Part shown: positions 38,383 through 47,742 of the stretch, one piece after another
Layout: each line of letters starts with the position of its first letter
Position numbering within the stretch: position 1 is the first letter of the stretch
Source: Euryarchaeota archaeon UBA52
GTDB lineage: Archaea; Thermoplasmatota; Poseidoniia; Poseidoniales; Thalassarchaeaceae
Direction: 5' to 3'
NCBI GenBank assembly: GCA_002505455.1
Contig: DAVB01000055.1
Location: 11,710 to 75,709 of the forward strand
DNA length: 64,000 nt
Notes under the pieces: generated by a model
What the model saw: the letters and a program-made list of their open reading frames with translations, nothing else
Databases searched by the model: none
What the model was told of the DNA's origin: nothing
Program-made: the position numbers and the translations under genes

Positions 38383-39735
38383 CTAAACGCCCAGAGTGAG
38401 CCTGAACACATTCCTGAGAGCGGGTGCCATACCCACGACCATCAGGCACAATGCGATGAGAACCCGGAGATGCTGCTGTCTGTATTCGAATACGGCTTGT
38501 GAATAAAACCAACAGATGACACCGGCAATACCGACTTTCAGTAGCGTGAATGTCAGGGAGGTATCCAGAAAGTCAGTAACCATTGAGCTAATTACGTGCT
38601 TCTCGGTGTATCCGAAGTAATCTATCCCAATCCAGGTAGCGATACCATCCCCTATCTGGCCACCGACTGGGAGGAATACTGCAGGGCTTGCAAGGACTGC
38701 TTTCTTCCTGAGCTCATCGACCTTTTCGCCCAAGGGGGTTTTTAATTCAAGATACTCGCTCTCTGTTACCCCTGGAGGGAGTACCCCTGGAATGTACCCA
38801 AGATTGAGTGATTCCTCAGCATCATCCTTGCCAAATGAATACAAAATATAGCAAACAAGGATTGGGACGCCGAATACGACTACTATCGGCCATGCGGTCA
38901 TCTCAGATGTTTCCCTACCTATGGCGAAGCCGGCGAGCATCCCGAAGAGCACGATTGATCCCCCCACTCCAGTGGAATACACAGTTCGCTGGATATGATC
39001 AAAGCGCTCCACATACGAGCCTGCGAGCCAGTAGGGAGCAGTGACTCCGAACATTGCAATGATGAGCATTACCTCTCGATCGTATGCCTCCGAGAGTATC
39101 TCGACATTGTCGCTGCTCAGGACGCTCATCCCATATATGGAGGCCTGCGCGGCTATGAGGAATGCAGAAAAATGCCTCGTGGCGGCATTCTTCTCAGCCT
39201 CTGTTTCAATTGTACCGTTTGACACCCGGTGGCCAATCAGGCCAGCGAGAACGACCCATGCTGCCGTCTGGAAATGAACTCCTGGGCTTACAAACCACGG
39301 AGCGAAGGAGTTACTGAAGAGTCCGGCATCTTCTATGACCTCCCCGAGAGGAGCCCACAAAACCCAGGGGAGAAGCGCGATGAGCATCGCATCAGAGCCA
39401 TCGATACCAGCAACCCTCAGGAGTCCCGATAATGATACTACAAATAACGCTAGACCGATTCCGTATGAGGCGGTGTTGACGTAGTTGTAACCGCTATCCC
39501 CACTTGATTCGTTTAGAATTGAATCAAGGAAATATGTGTACACTGCCTCAGATAGTGGATTCTCTACATCGAGGGTGTGCCCCGCTATACCGATGCCGAA
39601 TAGTAGCAGTACTACCAGCAAGATGCGTATTGCCCAGCGCTCGTAATCATAGAGGGTCTCGAGGGGGTTCACGGAGATTGCGAATCGTACCGTCTCCTTG
39701 AGGGCATCGGCGCGTGAGGTGTTTTTTTCCGTCAC
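38383..39735 (-). CDS. DUF63 family membrane protein
   Basis: GYNYVNT..Y, EDAG, DG.AT..GID.FGY.EKHV.S, GMAP.LRN..R..LGV. Confidence 0.8.
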   Translation of the reverse strand: MTEKNTSRADALKETVRFAISVNPLETLYDYERWAIRILLVVLLLFGIGIAGHTLDVENPLSEAVYTYFLDSILNESSGDSGYNYVNTASYGIGLALFVVSLSGLLRVAGIDGSDAMLIALLPWVLWAPLGEVIEDAGLFSNSFAPWFVSPGVHFQTAAWVVLAGLIGHRVSNGTIETEAEKNAATRHFSAFLIAAQASIYGMSVLSSDNVEILSEAYDREVMLIIAMFGVTAPYWLAGSYVERFDHIQRTVYSTGVGGSIVLFGMLAGFAIGRETSEMTAWPIVVVFGVPILVCYILYSFGKDDAEESLNLGYIPGVLPPGVTESEYLELKTPLGEKVDELRKKAVLASPAVFLPVGGQIGDGIATWIGIDYFGYTEKHVISSMVTDFLDTSLTFTLLKVGIAGVICWFYSQAVFEYRQQHLRVLIALCLMVVGMAPALRNVFRLTLGV

Positions 39736-40466
39736 TCTTCCGAGTATGTGACGCTCTCATCATCTTCTAAATCCACCATATCATCAATCTGTGATTGGTC
39801 CTCAAGATCTACTTGGGCATTTTTGAAACGGCGATTTCGTCGATTTCGAGCGTCTGAGAGGCCGGGTACCAGATCTTCGAAGCCAGACTGATCGTCGGCT
39901 TCTGACTCCCTTATCTGATAGCTTCCTAGGCTCCTGTCTTCTATACGTCGTCTCCTACCGTCTTTCTCCAGGCCCCTGATGACGGTGCTGTGTTCGGCGC
40001 CATCCAATAGTCCCTCTATCGCCGTACAGGCCATCATGAGTCCTGCCTCGTCTCCGATTACTACAACAGTTGAGCCGTGGATTGCAATCTCCGTACCCGT
40101 AAAGCTCTCTATCAGAGTCCTGATTTTACCATCTCTTCCAATCAATCTGCTCCTCATCCTTCGAGTATGGTTTCCTCGACGACCGACCCATTGCCTGATG
40201 TCATACATGCGCAAAAAGGTGTCGTCAGAGATCAGTCGGACAGCCCTAGAAGGGGCTAATCCCCTTCCTATGGCCCTGATTATGTCTGGTAGCTTGATTC
40301 TGTGAACCGGATCAGCGTCTTCGGGCCATGACGCGGAAACCTCTCCTGTTTCAGAATCGATGTGTAGCTTCACCCCAGCGGAGTCTTCGATCATTTTGCG
40401 AGTTGCTCCGCCCTTGCCGATGAGGACTGCAATTCGTTCCTTGGGGATCCTCGTAAGTGGCTCCAT
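39732..40466 (-). CDS. KH-domain pre-rRNA processing protein (Dim2/Pno1-like)
   Basis: RIP.ERIAVLIGK.G, AIGRG, RLIGRDG; downstream of rio1. Confidence 0.9.
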   Translation of the reverse strand: MEPLTRIPKERIAVLIGKGGATRKMIEDSAGVKLHIDSETGEVSASWPEDADPVHRIKLPDIIRAIGRGLAPSRAVRLISDDTFLRMYDIRQWVGRRGNHTRRMRSRLIGRDGKIRTLIESFTGTEIAIHGSTVVVIGDEAGLMMACTAIEGLLDGAEHSTVIRGLEKDGRRRRIEDRSLGSYQIRESEADDQSGFEDLVPGLSDARNRRNRRFKNAQVDLEDQSQIDDMVDLEDDESVTYSEE

Positions 40467-40491
40467 GACAACTCAAACGATACGCCCTTCT

Positions 40492-41379
40492 TCAATCCAA
40501 TCCAGGAAGTGGTTCCAGATTTGGTGCTGGATCTTCAATCACCCTTAACACGGATTCCGCGGTGTCGACGGTCATTCCATTCCGATTGGCCCATTCAACC
40601 GTTCTAGTCACGTCTCTGACGAGGAATTCCTTGGAAGATGGATGCTGTTCAACCACTGCCTGACCGACATCAATTATCCAAGGCGTGCCTTCATGCCAAA
40701 GAACATTGAATTCGCTGAAGTCGGAATGTACCAGAGTGGCATTTTGCCATAATACTGCGATGTATGTGATTAGCTTCTCAAATACGTCCTCCACATCATC
40801 CACACTTACGTCCTTCAAACGCGGAGCGGGTGAGTTCTCATTCCCAACCAGATCCATAACTAGCACATTTCTGAGGTTTGCACGGGGCATCGGTACGGGA
40901 ATACCATGTTTCCTACAACGGCGGAGATTTCTCAATTCCTTTCTGACCCAGATATTTACGAGTTCTCTATGTCGTCTTTTCAGACCGCTGAAACGCGGAT
41001 CACCGTCGATATACTTGGAAAGGGATTTGAAAACGGCGTTGGTGGTGTGAAATATCTTTACTGCTGCTGGGCCGTTTGCTGTAGTTGCATGGAAGACATG
41101 TGCTTCCTTGCCTCTGGCAATTGGGAAATCCAGCGTTTCTATCTCTCCGCCCTGTATCAATTTATGCAAAGCGAGAAGTGTGCTTTGATCGAATACACTG
41201 TCGAAGACCCGTCTATCCGCCCATTCATATTCGCCCGTGCCGAGTACTCCTGATATTCGATCTTCAATGTCTCGAAAGAGTCGTTTGTAACGGGGCTCAT
41301 CCATCCATTGGTGTTGGGTCGCTGCTCTTTGAAGAGCGTCGAGATGGTTGTCCCACTCCTCATCTGGTTCGCCCGCCAT
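40492..41379 (-). CDS. rio1: RIO1 family Ser/Thr kinase
   Basis: GKEA.VF, AVKIF, LVHSDFSEFN, IIDVGQAV. Confidence 0.93.
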   Translation of the reverse strand: MAGEPDEEWDNHLDALQRAATQHQWMDEPRYKRLFRDIEDRISGVLGTGEYEWADRRVFDSVFDQSTLLALHKLIQGGEIETLDFPIARGKEAHVFHATTANGPAAVKIFHTTNAVFKSLSKYIDGDPRFSGLKRRHRELVNIWVRKELRNLRRCRKHGIPVPMPRANLRNVLVMDLVGNENSPAPRLKDVSVDDVEDVFEKLITYIAVLWQNATLVHSDFSEFNVLWHEGTPWIIDVGQAVVEQHPSSKEFLVRDVTRTVEWANRNGMTVDTAESVLRVIEDPAPNLEPLPGLD

Positions 41380-42236
41380 TAGTCCGTCGCTCCGTTAAGA
41401 CCATCATCAAGGGTTCGCCATATCCAGAATCCTGCTGGGAAGCTGTACAACCCTACTGCAAGAGTCCATGATACCAGGGGTCCCCCCCATGGACCAAGAA
41501 TTGGGAAGAGCGGTATACACAAGAGAGCATAGATAGAGACCGAAGCAGAACCAAGCATCATTGGTCCTGTTGCCCCAACAGGGACCTCGGCCCCCTGGGA
41601 TATCCACAATGATACCATTGTGGTAAGGAAGATGGCGGGGAAAACCGATACCATTCCCGATATGAATGGAAGGCCTAGGCCGGCGATCCACACTGAAGCG
41701 GCTATTGCAGAACCAGCGGCGAGACCTCGTAAGAAAAGAGTGAATATGCCGACTTTGTTGATTCCTGGGGGCGCAGGCAGATTCGTCTTTACCGCGAAGA
41801 CGCCGATTATTACAGCAAAGGCTGTGGCGATTAGCCCAATCCTGCTGGGGCCTATATCATCAGATATCATCTCAACCACGAATGTCGATATCCATGCAAA
41901 TAGGGACCAAATGAAGATTGAAGTTATAGAAACCGCGAATACGAGATTTACACCACTCGTCTTAGTTCCCATCATTCTCGGAAGAATTCTCCATGAGCCT
42001 AGGAATGCGACATTGAGAAGCATGCCAATTGGTACCATCGACATTGCATGGCTGAAGGGTTCAATCCCGCTCACACCACCCCATATCCCTATGCTGGCCG
42101 GTACAATTGTAGTGGGCAGGGTGATTATCCCGCCTAAAGCGCCGCCACCCCTCTCAATTACCACAGTTGCAAGGATTGCGACCAATCCGGCGAATAGTGC
42201 CGGAAGGAGGATGGCAGACAATTCTAGAGAAGACAT
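41379..42236 (-). CDS. Multi-pass membrane protein with two internal repeats (about 8-10 TM)
   Basis: Very hydrophobic; halves share G..GG....LP.T / SG....FP.I patterns. Confidence 0.75.
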   Translation of the reverse strand: MSSLELSAILLPALFAGLVAILATVVIERGGGALGGIITLPTTIVPASIGIWGGVSGIEPFSHAMSMVPIGMLLNVAFLGSWRILPRMMGTKTSGVNLVFAVSITSIFIWSLFAWISTFVVEMISDDIGPSRIGLIATAFAVIIGVFAVKTNLPAPPGINKVGIFTLFLRGLAAGSAIAASVWIAGLGLPFISGMVSVFPAIFLTTMVSLWISQGAEVPVGATGPMMLGSASVSIYALLCIPLFPILGPWGGPLVSWTLAVGLYSFPAGFWIWRTLDDGLNGATD

Positions 42237-42242
42237 GCGGCC

Positions 42243-42794
42243 TCATCCGAAGAAAGAGTCGATGTCATCTTCGTCACGAGTGGCGGGAGACGCTTGAGTT
42301 TGCTCAACTATTACTTCCTCTTCAACTTCAATCTCTTCTGGAGTTGCCTTCTCATCGATTTTCGATCGGTCTTCTGTTGGCTGATCATCATACCCCATAT
42401 CGCCCTCGTCCATCGCAGTTATGTCATCATCCGAATACCCGAATAGATCGACAATCTCTGGAAGAACTCCTTTCCTGGACAGGTAAATTGACTGAGTCTT
42501 GGTGTATCTGCTCCTAACGTCGGCTTTAGAGTCCTGAAAATCCCAAGGTTGAACGACGATTAGATCTCCTTCGCGCACCCATTGGCGTCTGCGCATCTTT
42601 CCAGGTATCCTCGCCAATCTTGATTCGCCATCTTCGCAGACTGCTGCGACCCTTCTTCCCCCCAATATTTGATCCGCTATTGCGAACATCTCGTTGATTT
42701 TCCTATTCGGCAATGGAACTCTGATTTTATCGCTCCCGCCTGATTCGAGACGAGCTAGTAGCTCGGAATCGACTCGTTCTGCGCGACGTGCCAT
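42243..42794 (-). CDS. eif1a: Translation initiation factor aIF-1A with acidic C-terminal extension
   Basis: LGG.R....C.DG..RLARIPGKMRRR.WVREGD.I.V.PWDFQ..KAD...RYT.TQ. Confidence 0.95.
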   Translation of the reverse strand: MARRAERVDSELLARLESGGSDKIRVPLPNRKINEMFAIADQILGGRRVAAVCEDGESRLARIPGKMRRRQWVREGDLIVVQPWDFQDSKADVRSRYTKTQSIYLSRKGVLPEIVDLFGYSDDDITAMDEGDMGYDDQPTEDRSKIDEKATPEEIEVEEEVIVEQTQASPATRDEDDIDSFFG

Positions 42795-42991
42795 GCTTTT
42801 GCGTCGAGGGTTGCCTATGTGAACCTAACACTAGTCATCGAGTCAAAAATGAATGACGTTCGAGTGTTCTGGATATCGCACGTAGTCTAGAAGAAATGGA
42901 TTGAAGGGATTGTTGAAATGTCTTGAATTGGTGGGCGAGTCGGGGCATCTGGTTGACCGTCTCATCTGATGATCCTAATGCGGATATACAC

Positions 42992-43390
42992 GTGGTTGAT
43001 CTTGATGGGTCCTATCTGAGCAGGACTGCATGGTTCGTCCTTGGTTTTCTTTCAATGGTTGTAGGGCTCATCGGAATACCTGTCCCGGGACTTCCTACGA
43101 CGCCTCTGATGATTCTAGCTGCTGCGTGTTTCGCGAAATCGAGTCAGCGATTCTATGATTGGATTATCAACAACAGAATGTTTGGGGAGCATGTCAATAA
43201 TTACCGGGAAGGTAATGGAATTCCCAAGAGGAGTAAGCCGATTATCTTGGGAACGATGTGGATTTTTGTTCTATTCGCTGTTCTTATTGCAATACCAGAT
43301 AGTGCGCCTGAGATATCTAGGTATGCGACTCTTTTGTTAGCGGGCATAGGCACCATATTCATTCTAAGAATACCTAGTCTTGAATCATAG
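42992..43390 (+). CDS. YbaN/DUF454 family membrane protein; start uncertain
   Basis: GLIGIPVPGLPTTP..ILAAACFAKSS.RF..W......FG. Confidence 0.88.
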   Translation: MVDLDGSYLSRTAWFVLGFLSMVVGLIGIPVPGLPTTPLMILAAACFAKSSQRFYDWIINNRMFGEHVNNYREGNGIPKRSKPIILGTMWIFVLFAVLIAIPDSAPEISRYATLLLAGIGTIFILRIPSLES

Positions 43391-44399
43391 GATTCAGAAA
43401 CGCGTTTCTAACCAAGTTCTCAAGGCCGTCCAACCATCTTGGATTGTCATTCAGACAACTCACTACAGTCATTTCTTTCCCTCCGTTCTCGATAAAATGA
43501 TTGCGTACCTCGATATCCAGCTCTTCGAGAGTCTCTAGACCGTCCGCAACGAATGCAGGCGATACAATCACGAGATTGTCAACTTTCTTGGCTAGTGTCT
43601 CGACCATTGAGAGGGTAGATGGAGTAAGCCATCTGGTCGGTCCCAATTTACTCTGATAACTAATGGACCAATCTGAATCCGTTAAACCGAGTTTCTTGAC
43701 CACCGCCATCGTAGTCATGTTGCAATGATGAGCGTAACACATTGAGTTAGCACTGCTTTTGATCGAGCAGCAAGAGCCCTTAACCTGGCAATGTAATCCG
43801 GTCTTATCTGTTCTTTTGACATGTGAGACAGGCAGTCCATGGTATGAAAATAGTAAATGCGCGCCTTCGCTCATATGAGGTCGGATTGATTCGCTCAACG
43901 GATCAATGAAGGACGGATCATCCTCAAAATGAGCGAGTTGGAATATCTCGGGCTGCCACCCCATTTTTTCGAGCTGTCTGAAGGCCTCCTTGAGCGATGA
44001 TTCTGTAGTTGCCTGTGCATGATGTGGAAACAGGGGGGCTAGGAGCAGTTTTTCTACTCCCTTGGATTTCAATTTCTCCAGAGCGTCTCTGATACTTGGA
44101 TTTCCATATCTCATCCCTACTTCGCACTCTGCATCGGGCATTCTTGATCTCAATCCGTCAGCCATTCGCTCACTGTACACTCTCAGCGGAGATCCCTCTT
44201 TCATCCATATGCTAGAATAACTGGGTGCGATTTTTCTTGGTCTTACTCGAAGGATTATTCCCCGAACGAGGAGATGTCTCAGAGGAGCAGGGATGTCAAT
44301 CACATCCGGGTCAAGGAGGAACTGCCGGAGGTACTTTCTCACAGATTTAACAGAAGGCTCGTCGGGAGTCCCTATATTCATCAAGAGGATTCCGTTCAT
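43374..44399 (-). CDS. hemH: Ferrochelatase with Cys-rich putative [2Fe-2S] insert
   Basis: LMNIGTP, GSPL, MRYGNPS, LFSYHGLP, YQSKLG..WL.P, F.ADGLETLEE. Confidence 0.95.
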   Translation of the reverse strand: MNGILLMNIGTPDEPSVKSVRKYLRQFLLDPDVIDIPAPLRHLLVRGIILRVRPRKIAPSYSSIWMKEGSPLRVYSERMADGLRSRMPDAECEVGMRYGNPSIRDALEKLKSKGVEKLLLAPLFPHHAQATTESSLKEAFRQLEKMGWQPEIFQLAHFEDDPSFIDPLSESIRPHMSEGAHLLFSYHGLPVSHVKRTDKTGLHCQVKGSCCSIKSSANSMCYAHHCNMTTMAVVKKLGLTDSDWSISYQSKLGPTRWLTPSTLSMVETLAKKVDNLVIVSPAFVADGLETLEELDIEVRNHFIENGGKEMTVVSCLNDNPRWLDGLENLVRNAFLNPMIQD

Positions 44400-44461
44400 T
44401 GTCTGTGGTCCCTCCTATCGATAAAATAATCTTGTTTTTAGAGAATATTTCTTCGCGATAC

Positions 44462-46129
44462 CTAGAATGATGCTATCGCTGTTTCAATTAAGGCGAGGAG
44501 CCACTGGCTGGCAGGACCCATTCCGAAGAGGACTGTGAAGATCATGGATACGACCACGAGGACCCTGAGGCCAAGTGCCGGCGAAAGGGGCGATTCGCTC
44601 CCCGGTTTCTCGAAGAACATCACTAAACCAATCCTCAGATAGTAGAATAGCGAGAGTGCGCTATTCAGAACGATTGCGATAGCAAGTAGGAAGAACGGGT
44701 CCACTGACTGCAGCCATGGGATGACTCCATCTGCATCCAGGGCTCCTGTTCCGCTGGTTGTGGTGACGAGGCCGTTGATCATAAGGAACTTCGATAGGAA
44801 GCCGGAAAGAGGGGGTATTCCTGCTAAGGACAGCATGAAAACGAACATAGAAGTTGCAATAATGGGATCTCTTCGAGCAAGTCCATGCAGATCGGATATC
44901 TTATTTCCACCGCCGTCTATCTCAATCAAGGTAAGAACAAGGAAGGCTCCGAGTTTGAAAAGAACCAGAACAGCAAGATGGAACACGATTGCCATCTGAA
45001 GCATGTCCTGAGTGTCTGAATCAGCTAATCCTGACCCCAATGCTGCAAGTGCTGCTAGCATATAGCCGGCATGAGCGACGCTGGAATATGCGAGCATTCT
45101 CTTTGGGTTCTCTGAGGAGAGTGCTGCTAGATTGCCCCATGTCATCGTAATTACTGCGAGTATGGCAAGTGCGAAACCCCAAGCAATGACGCCGTCATTC
45201 GGACCTGCGAAACCGATCAAAACACGCATCATCGCCACGAAGCCCATGGCCTTGGACGCGGTTGCGAGCATTCCTGCGATAGGGGCATTTGTGCCTGAAT
45301 AGGCATCTGGAGCTGCAAGGTGGAATGGGGCTGCGCTGACCTTGAATCCGAAGGCGACGAGCATGAGTCCGACGCCTATTCCGGCCAGCGGCTCGAGCTC
45401 TCCCATGGAGGACCAGCTTTCTGCTAAGGTATCGAAGTCCAGACTACCGGACCAGATGTAAAGCAGAGACATGCCATATATTCCAGTGGCAGAGGCGATT
45501 GATCCGACAATGAAATACTTGGCACCGGCTTCTCCACCTACTTCTGTCTCCTTGTGGAAACCGACTAATACGTACGAAGCCATGGATGCTAATTCCAAGC
45601 ATACGATGAGGAAGAATAGATCGCTAGAAAGGGCCATCAGGCTCATTCCAAGAGCGACCATGAGGAGGAGTATGTATAGGTCGACCTGCCTCCTATTATC
45701 CATCAAACTGCTCTCGACGGAATCATCAGGATCGATGAGATCTTCGGGAAGCAGTCGCGTGGAAGGTATCCTGTAGATCGATGCGATTGCGGTTATGGCC
45801 AATGCAGCGGTGAATACCATCGTCATAAAACGACTGAATCCGGTAACCTGGATTACTCCGGAGATGCTCATGCCATCAGCAGACTCGATAGCTAAACCTG
45901 AGAGCAGACATGCAATTGCAAGGGCGATTGCTGACAATACCCCGGGTGCTCGCGGGTCGGAGGTCAATTCGAATCTTCTACCGCCCCACAGAATGGGGAC
46001 GCGCATGGATGTCAGGGGAAGCCTTACTCTGGCATCTCCTAGATTCGGGACTATGATCGCTAGGATAATTCCAGCGACCATAACGAGCTCCGGGGCGAGA
46101 GCTTGGGATTCGTCCACAGAGAGGATCAT
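44462..46129 (-). CDS. nuoN: Complex I-like subunit N
   Basis: EAG.KYF..G, GFKVSAAPFH..PDAY.G, KRMLAYSS.AHAGY, LSLAGIPP..GF..K. Confidence 0.92.
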   Translation of the reverse strand: MILSVDESQALAPELVMVAGIILAIIVPNLGDARVRLPLTSMRVPILWGGRRFELTSDPRAPGVLSAIALAIACLLSGLAIESADGMSISGVIQVTGFSRFMTMVFTAALAITAIASIYRIPSTRLLPEDLIDPDDSVESSLMDNRRQVDLYILLLMVALGMSLMALSSDLFFLIVCLELASMASYVLVGFHKETEVGGEAGAKYFIVGSIASATGIYGMSLLYIWSGSLDFDTLAESWSSMGELEPLAGIGVGLMLVAFGFKVSAAPFHLAAPDAYSGTNAPIAGMLATASKAMGFVAMMRVLIGFAGPNDGVIAWGFALAILAVITMTWGNLAALSSENPKRMLAYSSVAHAGYMLAALAALGSGLADSDTQDMLQMAIVFHLAVLVLFKLGAFLVLTLIEIDGGGNKISDLHGLARRDPIIATSMFVFMLSLAGIPPLSGFLSKFLMINGLVTTTSGTGALDADGVIPWLQSVDPFFLLAIAIVLNSALSLFYYLRIGLVMFFEKPGSESPLSPALGLRVLVVVSMIFTVLFGMGPASQWLLALIETAIASF

Positions 46130-47742
46130 GGCATCGCCTCCAAAGCATTCATTGCATGTATGAGATATGTCTCGATGAATTCAGTACTCCAAACTGACAT
46201 CATGTCCCAGAAGATAAACGGCATGATTCCGAATAGGATTGTCAGTGCACCGAGGATGAACATTCCAACGTTCTCATGCCACGTTACATCCCTTGGATCC
46301 TCGCCATGCAGCGTATCGGGAAGGATGCCTTGGTGGGGATCATCGGATTCGAAGATCATCTTTTGCATCGAGGTCAGATAATACAAGGCGGTGAATATCA
46401 GGGTGATGGCAGGAAGCAACACCCACCACCCAAAGGTCATCCAGAATGCTATCATGATGGCTACTTCGGCGACAAAGCCCGCGAGAAGTGGTAGGCCAAG
46501 GCTTCCCATCCAACCAAGCATCATGTGGCCTGCGAGGAAAGGCGAGTGGTGTGCAATACCCCTCATCGAGCCAATCTCTAGAGTGTGATAATGGTGTTTG
46601 AAAGAGCCTGCCACAGCGAACAAGAGTGGGCTGATTATCCCATGAGCAAACATCATGAATAGAGCTCCTGCGAAACCTATGGGTTGCATTGTGGCTATTC
46701 CTAGGAAAATGAGTCCCATGTGCGAAACGGATGAGTAAGCGACCATTCTCTTGAGATTTGTCTGACCTAGACAGACGACGGCCCCGTAGACGAGGCTGGC
46801 CATTCCAAGGAAGACGAGGAGCGGGACGAATGTTAACGTGGATTCGGGGAATATCGCGACTGCGACCCTCAGGAATCCATAAGCGCCCATCTTGAGCATT
46901 ACTCCGGCCAGGAGCATCGAACCTGCAGTTGGGGCTTGTACGTGCGCATCTGGAAGCCAAGTGTGTACTGGGACGCTCGGCATCTTGGTGGCAAAACCGA
47001 TCAGGAGTAGCAGCCAAACTAGGTGCCTAAGTCCCTCACTCGCAATCAAACCGCTTACTCTGGCCTGTTCAGTCATCTCAACCAGATTGAAGTGATGGCC
47101 CGTTAGACTCCCGGAGAATATGGAATCGGCCGTGTTGAAATACATCACGAGGATTCCAACAAGCATCAGAACGCTTGCCGTAAATGTGTAGATGAAGAAC
47201 TTCATCGAGGCGTACTTCCTGTCCTCTCCGCCCCAAATCATGATCAGGAAGAACATGGGTACCAGGGTTAATTCCCAGAAGACGTAGAATACGAATAAGT
47301 CCAAGGAGACGAAGACACCGACAAGTGCGCCTTCCATAATGAGCAGGAGTGCGTGGAATCGATGGCCTCGTTCTACATCCCACTGAACAAGCATCGAGAT
47401 CGGGATCAGCAGTGTGGTCAGCCAGATCATGGGGAATGACAGAGCATCGGCCCCTAGGTGCCACGTCACTCCGATTGATTCGATGAGCCAAACTGGGTCT
47501 TCTGTTTCGAGCACGAAGGAACCCATACCAATCGATAGCCAGTCAATCTGGCCGATTGTACCGAGGAATATCAATGTCGTAAGCGCGAATACCGCTGTAG
47601 AGAGCCCGATTGCAACGTTCCTAACTGAGCTCTGCATGCGTTGGGATATATGCTGAGGTAGAACATTCGGAAGAATGAGGAGGAGGAGCCCGGAGAGAAG
47701 AGGTACGAGCGTAATGATGCTGAGTGGGTCTGTGAAAGTCAC
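46126..47742 (-). CDS. nuoM: Complex I-like subunit M
   Basis: FYVFWE, K.P..PVHTWLPDAHVQAP, LKMGAYG, AYSSVSHMG, GFVAE. Confidence 0.95.
   Translation of the reverse strand: MTFTDPLSIITLVPLLSGLLLLILPNVLPQHISQRMQSSVRNVAIGLSTAVFALTTLIFLGTIGQIDWLSIGMGSFVLETEDPVWLIESIGVTWHLGADALSFPMIWLTTLLIPISMLVQWDVERGHRFHALLLIMEGALVGVFVSLDLFVFYVFWELTLVPMFFLIMIWGGEDRKYASMKFFIYTFTASVLMLVGILVMYFNTADSIFSGSLTGHHFNLVEMTEQARVSGLIASEGLRHLVWLLLLIGFATKMPSVPVHTWLPDAHVQAPTAGSMLLAGVMLKMGAYGFLRVAVAIFPESTLTFVPLLVFLGMASLVYGAVVCLGQTNLKRMVAYSSVSHMGLIFLGIATMQPIGFAGALFMMFAHGIISPLLFAVAGSFKHHYHTLEIGSMRGIAHHSPFLAGHMMLGWMGSLGLPLLAGFVAEVAIMIAFWMTFGWWVLLPAITLIFTALYYLTSMQKMIFESDDPHQGILPDTLHGEDPRDVTWHENVGMFILGALTILFGIMPFIFWDMMSVWSTEFIETYLIHAMNALEAMP

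Noticed and set aside
38339..38512. N-terminal extension of the aminopeptidase ORF
   Set aside because: Overlaps the DUF63 gene; M29-like sequence starts near ATG 38338
42961..43020. Box C/D sRNA-like pattern (TGATGA ... CTGA with short terminal stem)
   Set aside because: Guide spacings would be about 23 and 7 nt rather than about 12, and the element overlaps the ybaN coding start
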